NCBI GenBank assembly: GCA_050115495.1
Contig: JASFQK010000011.1
Location: 64,001-128,000, forward strand
DNA from: Phycisphaerae bacterium
GTDB lineage: Bacteria; Planctomycetota; Phycisphaerae; UBA1845; Fen-1342
DNA: 64,000 bases
Direction: 5' to 3'
The first letter of the stretch is position 1. Every line of letters begins with the position of its first letter. The notes beneath the pieces are model-generated. The model saw only the letters and a list, made by a program, of their open reading frames with translations. It had not been told where the DNA came from and did not search any database. Of the stretch, positions 8,701 to 19,146 are shown piece by piece. A program made the position numbers and the translations under genes.

Positions 8701-10920
8701 CTACAGCCACGCGTGCAACTGCGTATACGCCCCATAGCCGAGTAGCACCAGGGCCGCCCCCAGCAGTCCCAGCCAAATCGACCAGAGCAGCGGCCGGGTT
8801 CGGAAACGCTCCTGGAACGACAGGGGGACGTTGAAGAACAGATCGAACACGGCGTGCTCGGCCAGGGCGCCCTTCTCGCCGAACACCGGGATGACGTGCA
8901 CCGCACTGCGCGCCCAGCGGCCGGCGAGGAAGCGGGCCAGCGCCGGGTCGTGCGCAACCATCTGGAGCGGAAACGCCAGGTAGCCGACCACGTGTATGAA
9001 CGAGACCGGAGCCGCGATGTAGTAGTTCTTGATGTCCCGGTCGCGCACCATCATGAACAGCACGAAGAGCCCGCGGGCCATCGATCCGGGCGAGATCGGG
9101 AACGTCTGAATCGCTACCGCCCAGAATGCCCCGCGAGCTGCCGTTGCCGTCCAGCCGATACCGTTCAGCCGATCGTACGTGATGATCACCGCCCAGACGA
9201 TCGCGATGACGATTTGCGTGACCGGCACGGTGCAGAGGTGTGCGGCGACGCAGAGCAAGTACTTCTGAATGAATGGGTCGTGGACCTGGTGCGCGATCTT
9301 CGCCGCCTCGTCGTCGGTCAGCATGCCCTCTTCGCGGCCGAGGTGGACCTGTTCGAGCAGCCACTCCTCACGGAACTGCGGTTGCACCAGGAAACGCAGC
9401 ACGAAGCTGAACCGCTCCTGCACCAGCTTCCAGCCGTACGACGGTTCGGCGATCATCCGATGCCAGCGCGCCGGCAGCCAGCCGATGAGGATTCGTTGCA
9501 GCCAGAACCGCACCGGTTGGCGCACGAGCCGCAACGCACGCTCGTCGCTTATCCGGCCCTGGCGGTGCCAGTTGCACAATACCTCGATCCGCGAGCCGCG
9601 CAGGGCCCGCATGAAGTAGCTCCAGTTGCTCAGCATGCGCCCGAGGTGAGCCCGGTAGCCGCTGTGCCCCCACAGCTTCAACACGGCTTTGCCCAGCAGC
9701 GGTACTAGCGACACGAACCACAGGAGCGTGCACCACACGCCGCGACGGCGCAGTTGCTCGGCGTGCTCCTCGTCGATCCGTCCCTTGTGCTGCCAGCCCG
9801 TAATCGCTCCCGCCCGCACATCCCGCCGCAATGAGCCGTCGGACAGCAGCCGGACGTGATGGTGCGTGATATCGGGCAGCGATCGGCGGTGGATCGTTTC
9901 GCACTCGACCAGCTCGTTGACCGCCGGCTGGAGGTCGGCGAATTCCTCGCGGTGCTCGTCAATGAAGGCATGCAGGCGCGGCAAGTCGCTCCGGTCGAAC
10001 TGCACCAGCCGCCCGTGCCGCAAGCCGCGCAGGATCAGCCAGAAGTCCGCCGGACTCATCGGCAGGAAGGGCAGCAGGGCGAGGCCGGCACGGAAGTCGA
10101 TCGCGGTCAGGCCGGCTCGCGGCGAATGGTCGTTACCGAGGCGCTTGAGGGCGTTCGGCTGGCTCTTGCACGTCCACCATTCGTACTGCCGGGCCAGTTC
10201 ACCGGCGCCCATGTCGTGCAGCAGGCGAACGAGGTCGCGCATGAACAGGCGTTTGTGGACGTACTCGGCGCTGGGGATGTCCGCGGGCGGCTCGCCCTTG
10301 AACTCCCAGCGTTCGATTACGTGCTGGTCGACCTCGAACTTCCAGATCCGGCCGGAGACCCACTCGTTGATCTCGCCGAAGCTGTGGAGCTGATCGTCGT
10401 AGAACGTGGCGAACGTGTCGCAGACGGACGTCGGCTCGCCCAGCCGCTCGGCCGCGGCCCGGCGGATCAGCTTCTGCCACAACACGCCGACGCGCACCGC
10501 CGCCGGATTCACCTCGGCGCTGAACGCCCCCTGGTATGCCAGGAAGTAGAGGACGTCGCGGAAGAGGGCGGCCATCCCCGACGGTGGCCGCAGGATCTTG
10601 ATCGCGTAGCGCTGCCCGACTTCGAGTCCGACCAGCGGTCCGTCGTCCGGCTGCACCTCGCGAAGCACCACCCGATAGACCTGACCCGCGAAACCCCCGC
10701 CGACGAAGCGCTCGACCTCGGCCTCGATCCGGCCGGTATTCGCCGGCACGACGCCCGTGACCGCCAGCGAGAGCCGCGCTCCCGCGTCGTAGCAGCTCCG
10801 CCGAAACGGCCGCAGCAGATCGCACGCCCCGAACTCGTCTTCGAGTCGGGCGCGCACCCGCGGCGGTGGGGGGCTCGACGGCGGCACCTCGGGCTTCGCC
10901 TCCATCACCATCTCGGCCAT
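8701..10920 (-). CDS. Uncharacterised membrane protein with an N-terminal protein-kinase-like fold
   Basis: GGGFAGQVY, YAIK, EWVSG, LHDMG, KSQPN and IDF in kinase order; C-terminal TM helices. Confidence 0.7.
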   Translation of the reverse strand: MAEMVMEAKPEVPPSSPPPPRVRARLEDEFGACDLLRPFRRSCYDAGARLSLAVTGVVPANTGRIEAEVERFVGGGFAGQVYRVVLREVQPDDGPLVGLEVGQRYAIKILRPPSGMAALFRDVLYFLAYQGAFSAEVNPAAVRVGVLWQKLIRRAAAERLGEPTSVCDTFATFYDDQLHSFGEINEWVSGRIWKFEVDQHVIERWEFKGEPPADIPSAEYVHKRLFMRDLVRLLHDMGAGELARQYEWWTCKSQPNALKRLGNDHSPRAGLTAIDFRAGLALLPFLPMSPADFWLILRGLRHGRLVQFDRSDLPRLHAFIDEHREEFADLQPAVNELVECETIHRRSLPDITHHHVRLLSDGSLRRDVRAGAITGWQHKGRIDEEHAEQLRRRGVWCTLLWFVSLVPLLGKAVLKLWGHSGYRAHLGRMLSNWSYFMRALRGSRIEVLCNWHRQGRISDERALRLVRQPVRFWLQRILIGWLPARWHRMIAEPSYGWKLVQERFSFVLRFLVQPQFREEWLLEQVHLGREEGMLTDDEAAKIAHQVHDPFIQKYLLCVAAHLCTVPVTQIVIAIVWAVIITYDRLNGIGWTATAARGAFWAVAIQTFPISPGSMARGLFVLFMMVRDRDIKNYYIAAPVSFIHVVGYLAFPLQMVAHDPALARFLAGRWARSAVHVIPVFGEKGALAEHAVFDLFFNVPLSFQERFRTRPLLWSIWLGLLGAALVLLGYGAYTQLHAWL

Positions 10921-11127
10921 CCGGGTCTCCCAGCCGGACCACCGCACGCGTCGTTCGGCCGACGGCGCGAACTGCTATTGTATCGGACATCGGGCCGGCG
11001 GGCTTCGCTCCGCACTCCGCCACAGGCCGTCGGAAAGGGGGACACGGTCGAAAACAGGGACTGGCTCCGAATCGGCGGCCTCGTCAAGCTTCGATAACTA
11101 CACGCCGCCCGGTGCCCGACCTCTTTC

Positions 11128-11667
11128 TCAACCCAAACCCAGCATCGCCGCCAGCGGCGTCAGCCGCCAGACCACCTGTCCGACGATGTTGGCGTACAGG
11201 CCCGCAAACAGATCGTCCAGCAGAATGCCCCAGCCGTCGCGCAGCCGTTCGAGCTGCCGTGCCGGCGGCGGCTTCAGGATGTCCATGATCCGAAACAGAA
11301 CGAACTGCCCGCCGACCACGAACATCAGCGTTAGCCACCCCGCGCTCAGCGCCGCCGGCATCGCCAGTAGGGCCACCCACTGCCCGGCGAACTCGTCCAG
11401 CACGAACGACTTCGGATCTTTGCTCTTGAAGTGCGCCACCGCCCACGACCCCCACATGACGGCGATGATCGAGCTGACCGCGATGCCGAGCACCAGCCCC
11501 GTCTCGGCCACGCAGCGCTGCTGCATCGCTCCCGCCGCCAGCCACACGGGTGCGAACAGCACGACCGCCGTCGCCGAGCCCCACGTTCCCGAGGCCGGGC
11601 GCAGGTAACCGCTGCCCAGCACGGTGATGCAGGCGGCCTTCAGCCTGTCGGGGCCGGAGATGCTCAA
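11128..11667 (-). CDS. pgpA: Phosphatidylglycerophosphatase A
   Basis: GSGYLRPASGTWGS, DPKSFVLDE, FRIMDILKP and GILLDDLFAG motifs; TTG start overlaps the pgsA stop. Confidence 0.93.
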   Translation of the reverse strand: MSISGPDRLKAACITVLGSGYLRPASGTWGSATAVVLFAPVWLAAGAMQQRCVAETGLVLGIAVSSIIAVMWGSWAVAHFKSKDPKSFVLDEFAGQWVALLAMPAALSAGWLTLMFVVGGQFVLFRIMDILKPPPARQLERLRDGWGILLDDLFAGLYANIVGQVVWRLTPLAAMLGLG

Positions 11668-12332
11668 GCGCCGTCTTCCTCCCCTGACGGGCTCGGCTCG
11701 TTGGCGGACTTGGGCCGGGTGCTCCCCAGGGCCGCGCTGCTCAGCAGGAACGAGCGCGCCCGGCGGACGTAGACGATGATCGACAGGGCCGTGACCAGCA
11801 CGGTCAGCCACACGCACGTCGTTCGCAGCGGCGCCATCGAGTCCAGCCGCCAGCCCAACTGCCCCAGGATGATGCAGACCGTCGCCGACTGCACGAACAT
11901 CTTCAGCTTGCCCACCCAGTTGGCGCCGAAGTCCTTGCCGCCCGACTCGGCGTGGGCCCGAATCGCCGACACGAGGAACTCGCGGATGAGAATGACCAGC
12001 ACCATCCACGGCTGCACGCCCGTGATGTTCTGCCCCTCGTGCATGAAGTTCGGGCCGGCGAACAGCACGAACGCCCCGCACACCATGATCTTGTCGACCA
12101 CGGGGTCCACGATGCGGCCGAACGACGTGACCTGCTTCAGCCAGCGGGCGAGCAACCCGTCGACGGCGTCGCCCACCGCCGCCACCAGGAACACCCAGAA
12201 CCCGGCGACCAGCAGCCACCGCGGATCATCCGCCGCGCTGAACAGCGACAAGAGCACGAAAAAGATGAGGGCCAGCACGAGCCGGCCGAGCGTAACCTGG
12301 TTGGGAATATTGATGGTCATGCCTGCCGCCAT
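11664..12332 (-). CDS. pgsA: CDP-diacylglycerol--glycerol-3-phosphate 3-phosphatidyltransferase
   Basis: NIPNQVTLGR and the CDP-alcohol motif DAVDGLLAR..TSFGRIVDPVVDK. Confidence 0.93.
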   Translation of the reverse strand: MAAGMTINIPNQVTLGRLVLALIFFVLLSLFSAADDPRWLLVAGFWVFLVAAVGDAVDGLLARWLKQVTSFGRIVDPVVDKIMVCGAFVLFAGPNFMHEGQNITGVQPWMVLVILIREFLVSAIRAHAESGGKDFGANWVGKLKMFVQSATVCIILGQLGWRLDSMAPLRTTCVWLTVLVTALSIIVYVRRARSFLLSSAALGSTRPKSANEPSPSGEEDGA

Positions 12333-12420
12333 TGGGTTCGCACACCGCCGCCGCAGTGTACCCGCCCCGCGCGCGCCGGCAAAGCCTCGCGGCCCCGGTT
12401 TGCGGTCAGTGGGTGGTGAG

Positions 12421-12825
12421 CTACATGAGGTTCTGCAACTGCCGCAGTTCGATGAGGTGTCCCGCCGGATCGTTCACCAGGATCCATTGGTCGGTGAAGC
12501 TGAAGCCGCGGTAGCGGGCGAACGGCCACTCGCGCTCTTCGAGCCGCCGGGCCGCCGTGTCGAGTGACGTAACCGTCAGCGTCAGCCGCCGTCGCATCGG
12601 GTCGATGACCGGGTCGTGTCGGTACTGGAGGTAGAGGCCGCAGCGTGGATCGCCGAAGCCGATCCCGCCGGGAATCTGCTCCGCCGCCGGCCAGGGGGCC
12701 AGACTGAGCAGTTCGGCGTAGAAGTGCGTCAGTGCTTCGCGTTGCTCATGGGGCACGGGTACGCGCACTTCGGTAACGCAGTGCACCTCGGCGAACAGCT
12801 CCTCATGCGGGGCCAGGGGCTCCAT
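12421..12825 (-). CDS. VOC/glyoxalase-like protein
   Basis: FYAELLSL and VNDPAGHLIEL motifs. Confidence 0.7.
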   Translation of the reverse strand: MEPLAPHEELFAEVHCVTEVRVPVPHEQREALTHFYAELLSLAPWPAAEQIPGGIGFGDPRCGLYLQYRHDPVIDPMRRRLTLTVTSLDTAARRLEEREWPFARYRGFSFTDQWILVNDPAGHLIELRQLQNLM

Positions 12826-13046
12826 ATACGAGAATGTAGCGACTCCGCCTCGTGTGCCAAAGTGGGCCCGCGATGGCTCCATTGGCTCCGTCGTCGGGGG
12901 GGGAGGCTGCTGTTATCGGCCCGGATCGCAGGTTCGGGCAACGGGTATCGAGCCGCCGGCTCCCCGTGCCGATACAGACTGCGGGCTCAGGGGGGTGACG
13001 GGCAGGGCAGGGCGAGCCCCGCCGAACTGGTTCCCTCGGGTGGTCT

Positions 13047-14081
13047 ATGCGTCTGTTTTCGCTATTGCGCGGAGTGTTCGGTCGGTCGGGTCGCGACGTC
13101 GATACCGATGCGCCGGAGTCGCTGCCGTCTCCGCCGCCGACGGTCGCCGTCGCCGTTGAGCCCGACGTGCCGGACGGCCCGCCGGGCTGGTGGGTGCCTC
13201 GCGGCCCGCCGGTGCTGGCGCCGCCGACGCCGGCCGGCGTACGCGTCGCACGGACCCTGTACGATCGTTGCGCCCGGGCAGTGGACGATCCGACTCTGGA
13301 ATTGCCGCAGCTTCCGCACGTTGGGCAGCAACTGCTCGCCATGCTGCACGCCGAGGATGTGAGCTTCCCGGAGGCGGCCGAACTGGCCGGACAGGATCCG
13401 GCCCTGGCGGCCGACCTGCTGCGCGTGGTCAACTCCGTCGCCTACCGCGGGATCAACGAGATTCGCCGGCTCGACCTGGCCCTGGCCCGCCTGGGCCGCC
13501 GCGCCGCCCACAGCCTCGTCCTGACCGCCTCCGTGAAGCGCATCGCCATTCGGCTCGGCGGCGCCCACCGCACGCTCGGCGAGCAGCTCTGGCGGCGGTC
13601 GGTCGCGTCGGCGGTGGTGGCCGGCGTGCTCGGCACGCAGCGAAACGTCCCCGAAGAAGAAGCGTTCCTGATCGGCCTGTTGCACGACATCGGTTTGCTC
13701 GCCGTGCTGAAGATCGTGCACGACTTCCAGCAGAGCGAGGGGCGTCCGGTGTCACGGGCTGCCTTCGATGCCCTGGGGGCCCGCTGGCACGAGCATCTCG
13801 GCCTGCGCCTGGCCGACGCCTGGAACCTGCCCGATCCACTGCCCGAACTGTTGGGCAACCACCACCATCTGCCGGGCGACGCCGATCCGCTGGCCGGTCA
13901 GCGCTTGCTGCTTCAGGTGACCGACGTGGTCTGCTCGCTGTTGGAGTACGCGCCGTACGTGCCATACGATTTCTTCAACCTCGACTGTGTCCAGCGCTTC
14001 GGCCTGACGGACACGCGCGCGACGCGCGCGCTGTTGACCGATCTGCCGGAGCAGATCGCCGGTCGGCTCGAGGTGTTGTGA
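13047..14081 (+). CDS. HDOD domain protein
   Basis: LPQLP..DPALAADLLRVVNS, GLLHDIG and WNLP motifs. Confidence 0.9.
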   Translation: MRLFSLLRGVFGRSGRDVDTDAPESLPSPPPTVAVAVEPDVPDGPPGWWVPRGPPVLAPPTPAGVRVARTLYDRCARAVDDPTLELPQLPHVGQQLLAMLHAEDVSFPEAAELAGQDPALAADLLRVVNSVAYRGINEIRRLDLALARLGRRAAHSLVLTASVKRIAIRLGGAHRTLGEQLWRRSVASAVVAGVLGTQRNVPEEEAFLIGLLHDIGLLAVLKIVHDFQQSEGRPVSRAAFDALGARWHEHLGLRLADAWNLPDPLPELLGNHHHLPGDADPLAGQRLLLQVTDVVCSLLEYAPYVPYDFFNLDCVQRFGLTDTRATRALLTDLPEQIAGRLEVL

Positions 14082-14093
14082 GGGGGGGCGGGC

Positions 14094-14149
14094 CAAAGGA
14101 GCAAAGGAACAAAGGAGCAGAGGAGCAAAGGGGCAAAGGAGCAAAGGAA
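14094..14149. repeat. Octamer tandem array (CAAAGGAG)x7, degenerate
   Basis: caaaggag caaaggaa caaaggag cagaggag caaagggg caaaggag caaaggaa. Confidence 0.88.
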
Positions 14150-14176
14150 CAGAGAGCCGCGCGTCCAGCGCCGCCC

Positions 14177-14197
14177 GTAGGGCGGGTTTCACCCGCC
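14177..14197 (+). repeat. GTAG-type REP palindrome
   Basis: GTAG followed by GGCGGGT-TTC-ACCCGCC. Confidence 0.6.
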
Positions 14198-14246
14198 GGT
14201 CGTTCGGCCGCCGGAAGACCGCCGATTTAGCGCGACCGGCTGCGCA

Positions 14247-14293
14247 GAAAAGAAGATGGCTCGCTGGCGACGTTCGGTCGCCGGCGAGCCATC
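14247..14293 (-). terminator. Intrinsic terminator of hppA
   Basis: Stem gatggctcgctggcga/tcgccggcgagccatc followed on the minus strand by TTCTTTT. Confidence 0.8.
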
Positions 14294-14321
14294 GGGTTGT
14301 CTGCTTCGTCAGCCGGTCAGC

Positions 14322-17120
14322 CTAGCCCAGGCCGAGCCACTGGCTGATCTGCGGGGCGTACTTCACGACCAGACCCGCAAATACGACCGAGACCATGCTC
14401 ATCAGCTTGATGAGGATGTTCAGGCTGGGGCCGGAGGTGTCCTTGAACGGATCGCCGACCGTGTCGCCCACGACGCCGGCCTTGTGATCGTCCGAGCCCT
14501 TGCCGTAGACGATCGCCGTCGGCCGGCCGGCCTTGATGGCCAACTGGGCGCGGTTGACGATGTCCTCGCGGATGGACGCCGGGACCTTCTCCCGCACGCT
14601 GGCGTCGTTGACCACCTGCTCGGCCGTGATCCTGCCGAACGTCTCGATGAGCTTCTTGGCGTTGTCCCACGCACCGCCGGCGTTGGCCATGAAGATGGCC
14701 ACGGCGAATCCGCAGGTCAGTCCGCCGGCCAGCAGGCCCATCACGCCCGGCACGTCGAACAGCAGGCCGACGATGACCGGCGTCACGATGGCCATCAGCG
14801 ACGGGATGATCATCTCGCGCTGGGCGCCGCGCGTGGAAATGTGCACGGCCTTGGCGTAGTCGGGGATGCGCTCGCCGCCGTGCTCGATCTGCGTCCGCGG
14901 CCAGTTGTCCGGGTCGCTGACAAAGGCCTCGTCGTGGCCCTTGGCCCGCAGGTACGCCCGCATCTTCTCGAACTGAACGCGGCATTCGCGCATCATGCGG
15001 TACGCCGCCCGCCCGACGGCCTGCATCGTCATCGAGCAGAACACGAACACCAGCAGCACGCCTGCGAACATGCCGCACAGCACCTTCGGGTTCATCAGCG
15101 TCACGTTGTAGAACGACATGTACTGGGCCAGCGACGCCTTTCGCGCCGGCACCAGCCGCAACGTGTGCTCGCCGAACATCGCCGTCCGTACGTGTTCCTC
15201 GTCCGGTGCCGACAGTCCCGTGACCACGGAGTCGACCTTCAGATCTGCCGGGGCGGGGTTCGGCTCCATGAGCATGTAGCACTCGAAGGCGCCGCTGCCC
15301 GCTCCCTCGCCGACCCGCGTCGCCAGCTTGCCGTTGCCGTAGTACTGGGCCTGGTCCGGGTTGGCCGTTTCGACCGTCTGGACGATCGCCGCCTGCGCCT
15401 CGCGGATCTGCCCGATACGCACCTCTTCGACGTACGCCGCCAGCAGGGCCAGCGCGGTCAGCGCCGCCGAGCCGATGGCGAAGCCCTTGCCCGTCGCCGC
15501 GGTCGTGTTGCCCAGTGAGTCGAGGGCGTCCGTCCGCTGCCGCACGTAGGGCTCCTGGCCGGTCATTTCGGCGTTGCCGCCGGCGTTGTCGGCGATCGGC
15601 CCGTAGGCGTCGGTCGCCAGCGTGATGCCCAGCGTGGCCAGCATGCCCACGGCGGCGATACCCACGCCGTACAGACCCAGCAGGAACTCCTGCTGCCCGC
15701 CGGCCGCCACGAAGGCCACCAGAATGGCGATGATGATCGTCACCAGCGAGGCCCACGTGCTCTTCATGCCCGTGGCGATGCCCGCGATGATGACCGTCGC
15801 CGGCCCGGTGATGGCCTGTTCGGCGATCCGTTGCGTCGGCCTGAATTCGTAGCTCGTGTAGTACTCGGTCGCGTAACCGATGACGTTGCCGGCGACGAGG
15901 CCGGCCAGAATCGCAATCCAGATGCCGATCGAACTGACGCCCTCGATGCCGCCGAAGAGCAGGAAGCACAGCGGCAGGGCGACGACAGCGATGAGCCCGC
16001 TGCTGCCGTAGATGCCCATGCGCAGGGCGTTGAGCAACTGGCCCATCGTGGCGTCTTCCTTCGTCCGCACCATGTAGATGCCGAGGACGGAGAGGATGAT
16101 GCCCACGCCGGCCAGGGCCATCGGGGCGCTGAGCATCTTCAGCGCCGGGCCGAAGCCCGTGCCGCCTTCGCCGCCGTAGAGGGCACTGGCCGCCGCCACG
16201 CCCAGGGCGCCGGTGGCCAGGATGGAGCCGCAGTACGATTCGAACAGGTCGGCACCCATGCCGGCCACGTCGCCGACGTTGTCGCCCACGTTGTCGGCAA
16301 TGGTCGCCGGGTTGCGCGGGTCGTCCTCGGGAATGCCGGCTTCGACCTTGCCGACCAGGTCCGCCCCGACGTCCGCGGCCTTCGTGTAGATACCGCCGCC
16401 CACGCGGGCGAACAGCGCCTGCGAGCTGGCGCCCATGCCGAACGTCAGCATCACGACCGTGATGTCGTTCAGCGTCATGTTCTGCGTGAAGTCGAACGGC
16501 AGGATCCCGGAGTACAGCACCAGGAACCAGCCGACGATGTCGATCAGGCCGAAGCCGACGACCACCAGGCCCATGACCGCTCCGCTGCGGAAGGCGACCA
16601 CCAGGCCGTCATTCAGCGACTTGCGCGCCCCAGCGGCCGTGCGGTGCGAGGCCCGCGTGGCGGTGTTCATGCCCAGGTAGCCGCACAAGCCGCTCCAGAA
16701 ACCGCCCGTCAGGAAGGCGAAGAAGACGATCTTGTGCTGCACGTGCAGGTTCCAGCCCATCCAGAAGAGGATGGCCGAAACCAGGATGAAGAACACCACC
16801 ACGACCTTGTACTGCTGCCACAGGTAGGCCATCGCGCCGGTCCGCACATAGCCCGAGATGCGCTGCATGTCCTCGGTGCCTTCGTCGGCCTCGAGCATCG
16901 ACTTGTAGAAGATGCGGGCGAAGACCAGGGCCAGAATCGCTCCCACCGGCGCAATCCACCAGATCCACGGAATGTCGCCGAGTGAGTGCGAAACCGCTTC
17001 TTCGCTCGCCGCCGCCGTGGTGGTTGTGGTGGTCTGGGCCAGGGCCGGTGCCGCGAGTAGCAACACGACGGTCAGGGCCAGTACGCCGATCCCCCACTGC
17101 TTTCCACGAAATGCGTTCAC
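14322..17120 (-). CDS. hppA: Membrane-integral K+-dependent Na+ (or Na+/H+) translocating pyrophosphatase
   Basis: [35 protein letters not shown] (Ala = K+-dependent type) and [10 protein letters not shown] motifs. Confidence 0.96.
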   Translation of the reverse strand: MNAFRGKQWGIGVLALTVVLLLAAPALAQTTTTTTAAASEEAVSHSLGDIPWIWWIAPVGAILALVFARIFYKSMLEADEGTEDMQRISGYVRTGAMAYLWQQYKVVVVFFILVSAILFWMGWNLHVQHKIVFFAFLTGGFWSGLCGYLGMNTATRASHRTAAGARKSLNDGLVVAFRSGAVMGLVVVGFGLIDIVGWFLVLYSGILPFDFTQNMTLNDITVVMLTFGMGASSQALFARVGGGIYTKAADVGADLVGKVEAGIPEDDPRNPATIADNVGDNVGDVAGMGADLFESYCGSILATGALGVAAASALYGGEGGTGFGPALKMLSAPMALAGVGIILSVLGIYMVRTKEDATMGQLLNALRMGIYGSSGLIAVVALPLCFLLFGGIEGVSSIGIWIAILAGLVAGNVIGYATEYYTSYEFRPTQRIAEQAITGPATVIIAGIATGMKSTWASLVTIIIAILVAFVAAGGQQEFLLGLYGVGIAAVGMLATLGITLATDAYGPIADNAGGNAEMTGQEPYVRQRTDALDSLGNTTAATGKGFAIGSAALTALALLAAYVEEVRIGQIREAQAAIVQTVETANPDQAQYYGNGKLATRVGEGAGSGAFECYMLMEPNPAPADLKVDSVVTGLSAPDEEHVRTAMFGEHTLRLVPARKASLAQYMSFYNVTLMNPKVLCGMFAGVLLVFVFCSMTMQAVGRAAYRMMRECRVQFEKMRAYLRAKGHDEAFVSDPDNWPRTQIEHGGERIPDYAKAVHISTRGAQREMIIPSLMAIVTPVIVGLLFDVPGVMGLLAGGLTCGFAVAIFMANAGGAWDNAKKLIETFGRITAEQVVNDASVREKVPASIREDIVNRAQLAIKAGRPTAIVYGKGSDDHKAGVVGDTVGDPFKDTSGPSLNILIKLMSMVSVVFAGLVVKYAPQISQWLGLG

Positions 17121-17287
17121 CGCTTACGCTCCTTCGTCAGCGCAGAGACTGTGATACTGAAACTGAAAGGTGCCGGACGCACCGTCCGTCGCGCCAGCGC
17201 ACGGCCGCCCGAGAACCGCAATGTAATCCATGCAGACAGGGAAACAAGTCCGCCGCCCGAAAAGCGGCCTTGTCATGAGCGATGAAA

Positions 17288-17313
17288 GGCAGCCGGTCGA
17301 TCACTAGGCTGCC
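17288..17313 (-). terminator. Probable terminator after rpsU
   Basis: ggcagcc/ggctgcc hairpin with a short T run on the minus strand. Confidence 0.45.
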
Positions 17314-17334
17314 CGTGCTGGTACCGCGCGCGGG

Positions 17335-17520
17335 TTAGGGCTGCTCGCGGGCGATACGCTTCAGTGACTTGCGAACCCGGCGGCGACGGCGCTCGGAAGG
17401 CTTCTCGTAGTAGCTGTTGCGCTTGATGTCGCGCGTGAGCCCCTCTTTCTCACAGAGCTTCTTGAAGCGGCGCACCATCTGCTCAACGGATTCGTTGCTG
17501 CGTACCTTAACCCTGATCAT
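17335..17520 (-). CDS. rpsU: 30S ribosomal protein S21
   Basis: MIRVKVRSNES...RRFKK..KEG...YYEKPSERRRR. Confidence 0.96.
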   Translation of the reverse strand: MIRVKVRSNESVEQMVRRFKKLCEKEGLTRDIKRNSYYEKPSERRRRRVRKSLKRIAREQP

Positions 17521-17596
17521 GCACACCTAACCCTTTTCAATCCAGCGGATTACGTGGGTCAGACAGTCCGGTCCGACCGCCCACGCACCAATCTCC

Positions 17597-17626
17597 AGTA
17601 TAATCCAGATTCTGCGATGCCTGCAA
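17597..17626 (-). promoter_or_regulatory. Sigma70-type promoter of rpsU
   Basis: TTGCAG-N18-TATACT on the minus strand. Confidence 0.6.
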
Positions 17627-17704
17627 GCCTGAGGGGGACGAAACCCGCCTCGGCGGGGCCGATACTGCGGAAATGGCCCCCGGGAGCGCACACGGCCCCC
17701 ACGG

Positions 17705-18910
17705 CTACTTGATCTGGCTCAGGGCCCGTTGGACCGCCGCCTCCAGCTCGGCCTCCCGTCCGCCACCGGCACCCACGTACACAATCTTCCCGTCGTGACC
17801 GATCACGTAAAACGTCGGGATCCCCTTCACGTGGTACTGCCGGGCGGTCGCGTTGCCCTTCAGCAGCAGCCCGTACGTAAACCCTTGTGATTTCATGTAC
17901 TTCGCCGGGTCGCCCCCGCGCTCGAACGTATTCACGCCGTACAACACGAACGGCTTGTCCTTCATCCGCTCCTGAAGCTTCTGGAGGCCGGGCATGGCCC
18001 GCTTGCACGGTCCGCACCACGTCGCCCAGAAGTCCAGCAGGACCACCTTGCCCCGCAGCTCCGCTAGGTGGACCTCCTGACCGTCGGGGGTCTTCAGCTT
18101 GAAATCCGGCGCCTCCGTCCCCACGGCCAGCAGGTCGCCCCGGCTGCCACCGCCGGCCGTCGGCGGCAGGGGGGGCGTCGCCGACTGCTGCTTGTAGCCC
18201 TCCGGGATCTCCAGGTGGAACAGGTTGTCGGCCACCGTCGGGTTGGCGTCCAGGGCGGTCAGCGTCAGCACCCGCGTCATCTGGCCCATCGGCAGCACGA
18301 TCTTCCGCTCGATCCGCCGGGGCAGGTAATCCTCGGTCCCGAAGTACCACCGTGCCGTGCTCCGGCTCCGGGCGTACCGGACGTCGATGACCTGGCATTC
18401 CGTTTCACCGACTTTCTCGGTGCCGACGTACGTGACGCCCGTCGCGCCGATTTCCTCGGCGTACGGCGTCTCGCCCACGAGGTCCCCGATCAGCAGGCCG
18501 ACGTACGGCGTGAGCAAGCTGATGCCCCGCGGTCCTTCGGCCTGGCGATATTGCCGCTCCCGGTGGCTGATGGCGCAGACGACCTTGCCGTCGCTGGCGA
18601 TCTGCGTCGAGGTCGTCGGCTGGCTGGTGGCACCCTCGCCACCCTCATCGCCGGCCCGGCTCTGCGCGTCGATGCGGATCTTGGGCAGGTCGGGGGCGTT
18701 GCGCAGCATGGTCACGCGGGCCGTCTGGTCCCGCTGCTTGTCGCCGTTGGACCACTCGGTGTGCAGCGTCGCCTCGTAGGTGATCGCCTTGAGGTTCTTC
18801 GCCGACGCCTGGGCCTTCTGAAAGACCTCCGCGCCGTCGGGCCCATTGGCGGAAGCGACCCCGATCAGCCCCAGGCACAGCACGCTTACTGCAGTCCACA
18901 CCGCTCTCAT
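17705..18910 (-). CDS. Exported TlpA-like thiol-disulfide oxidoreductase with N-terminal LolA-like domain
   Basis: Signal peptide; C-terminal LLDFWATWCGPC and GIPT cis-Pro loop; beta-rich N-terminal domain. Confidence 0.85.
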   Translation of the reverse strand: MRAVWTAVSVLCLGLIGVASANGPDGAEVFQKAQASAKNLKAITYEATLHTEWSNGDKQRDQTARVTMLRNAPDLPKIRIDAQSRAGDEGGEGATSQPTTSTQIASDGKVVCAISHRERQYRQAEGPRGISLLTPYVGLLIGDLVGETPYAEEIGATGVTYVGTEKVGETECQVIDVRYARSRSTARWYFGTEDYLPRRIERKIVLPMGQMTRVLTLTALDANPTVADNLFHLEIPEGYKQQSATPPLPPTAGGGSRGDLLAVGTEAPDFKLKTPDGQEVHLAELRGKVVLLDFWATWCGPCKRAMPGLQKLQERMKDKPFVLYGVNTFERGGDPAKYMKSQGFTYGLLLKGNATARQYHVKGIPTFYVIGHDGKIVYVGAGGGREAELEAAVQRALSQIK

Positions 18911-19146
18911 TACCCGTCCTTATCGGCCAACCAGTTGGATGAACCGCGGCCCCGCCCCGCCGCACGCGCATATCCCATTTATGATGCCGAATTGCCCGAG
19001 CCCACGCAAGCCCAAACGCCCGCCGCACGGCCCCGCCAGTTGACGAACGTCTTTCCGGCGGTGATAGTGACGCCTCTGGAGCAGGAGCCCCGGTGCCGGG
19101 CGTCCCCGTGCCGCGGCCCTGCCCGTTTTCAATGAGGACTGAGCCC

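Noticed and set aside
12946..12976. Sigma28-like GCCGATA boxes before the HDOD gene (also near 18921, 20261 and 29821)
   Set aside because: The -35 elements are weak or mis-spaced, so they cannot be supported without a genome-wide model
14094..14149. Tandem arrays (also 60365-60420) as CRISPR
   Set aside because: Units are 7-8 bp with no spacers, and no cas genes are present
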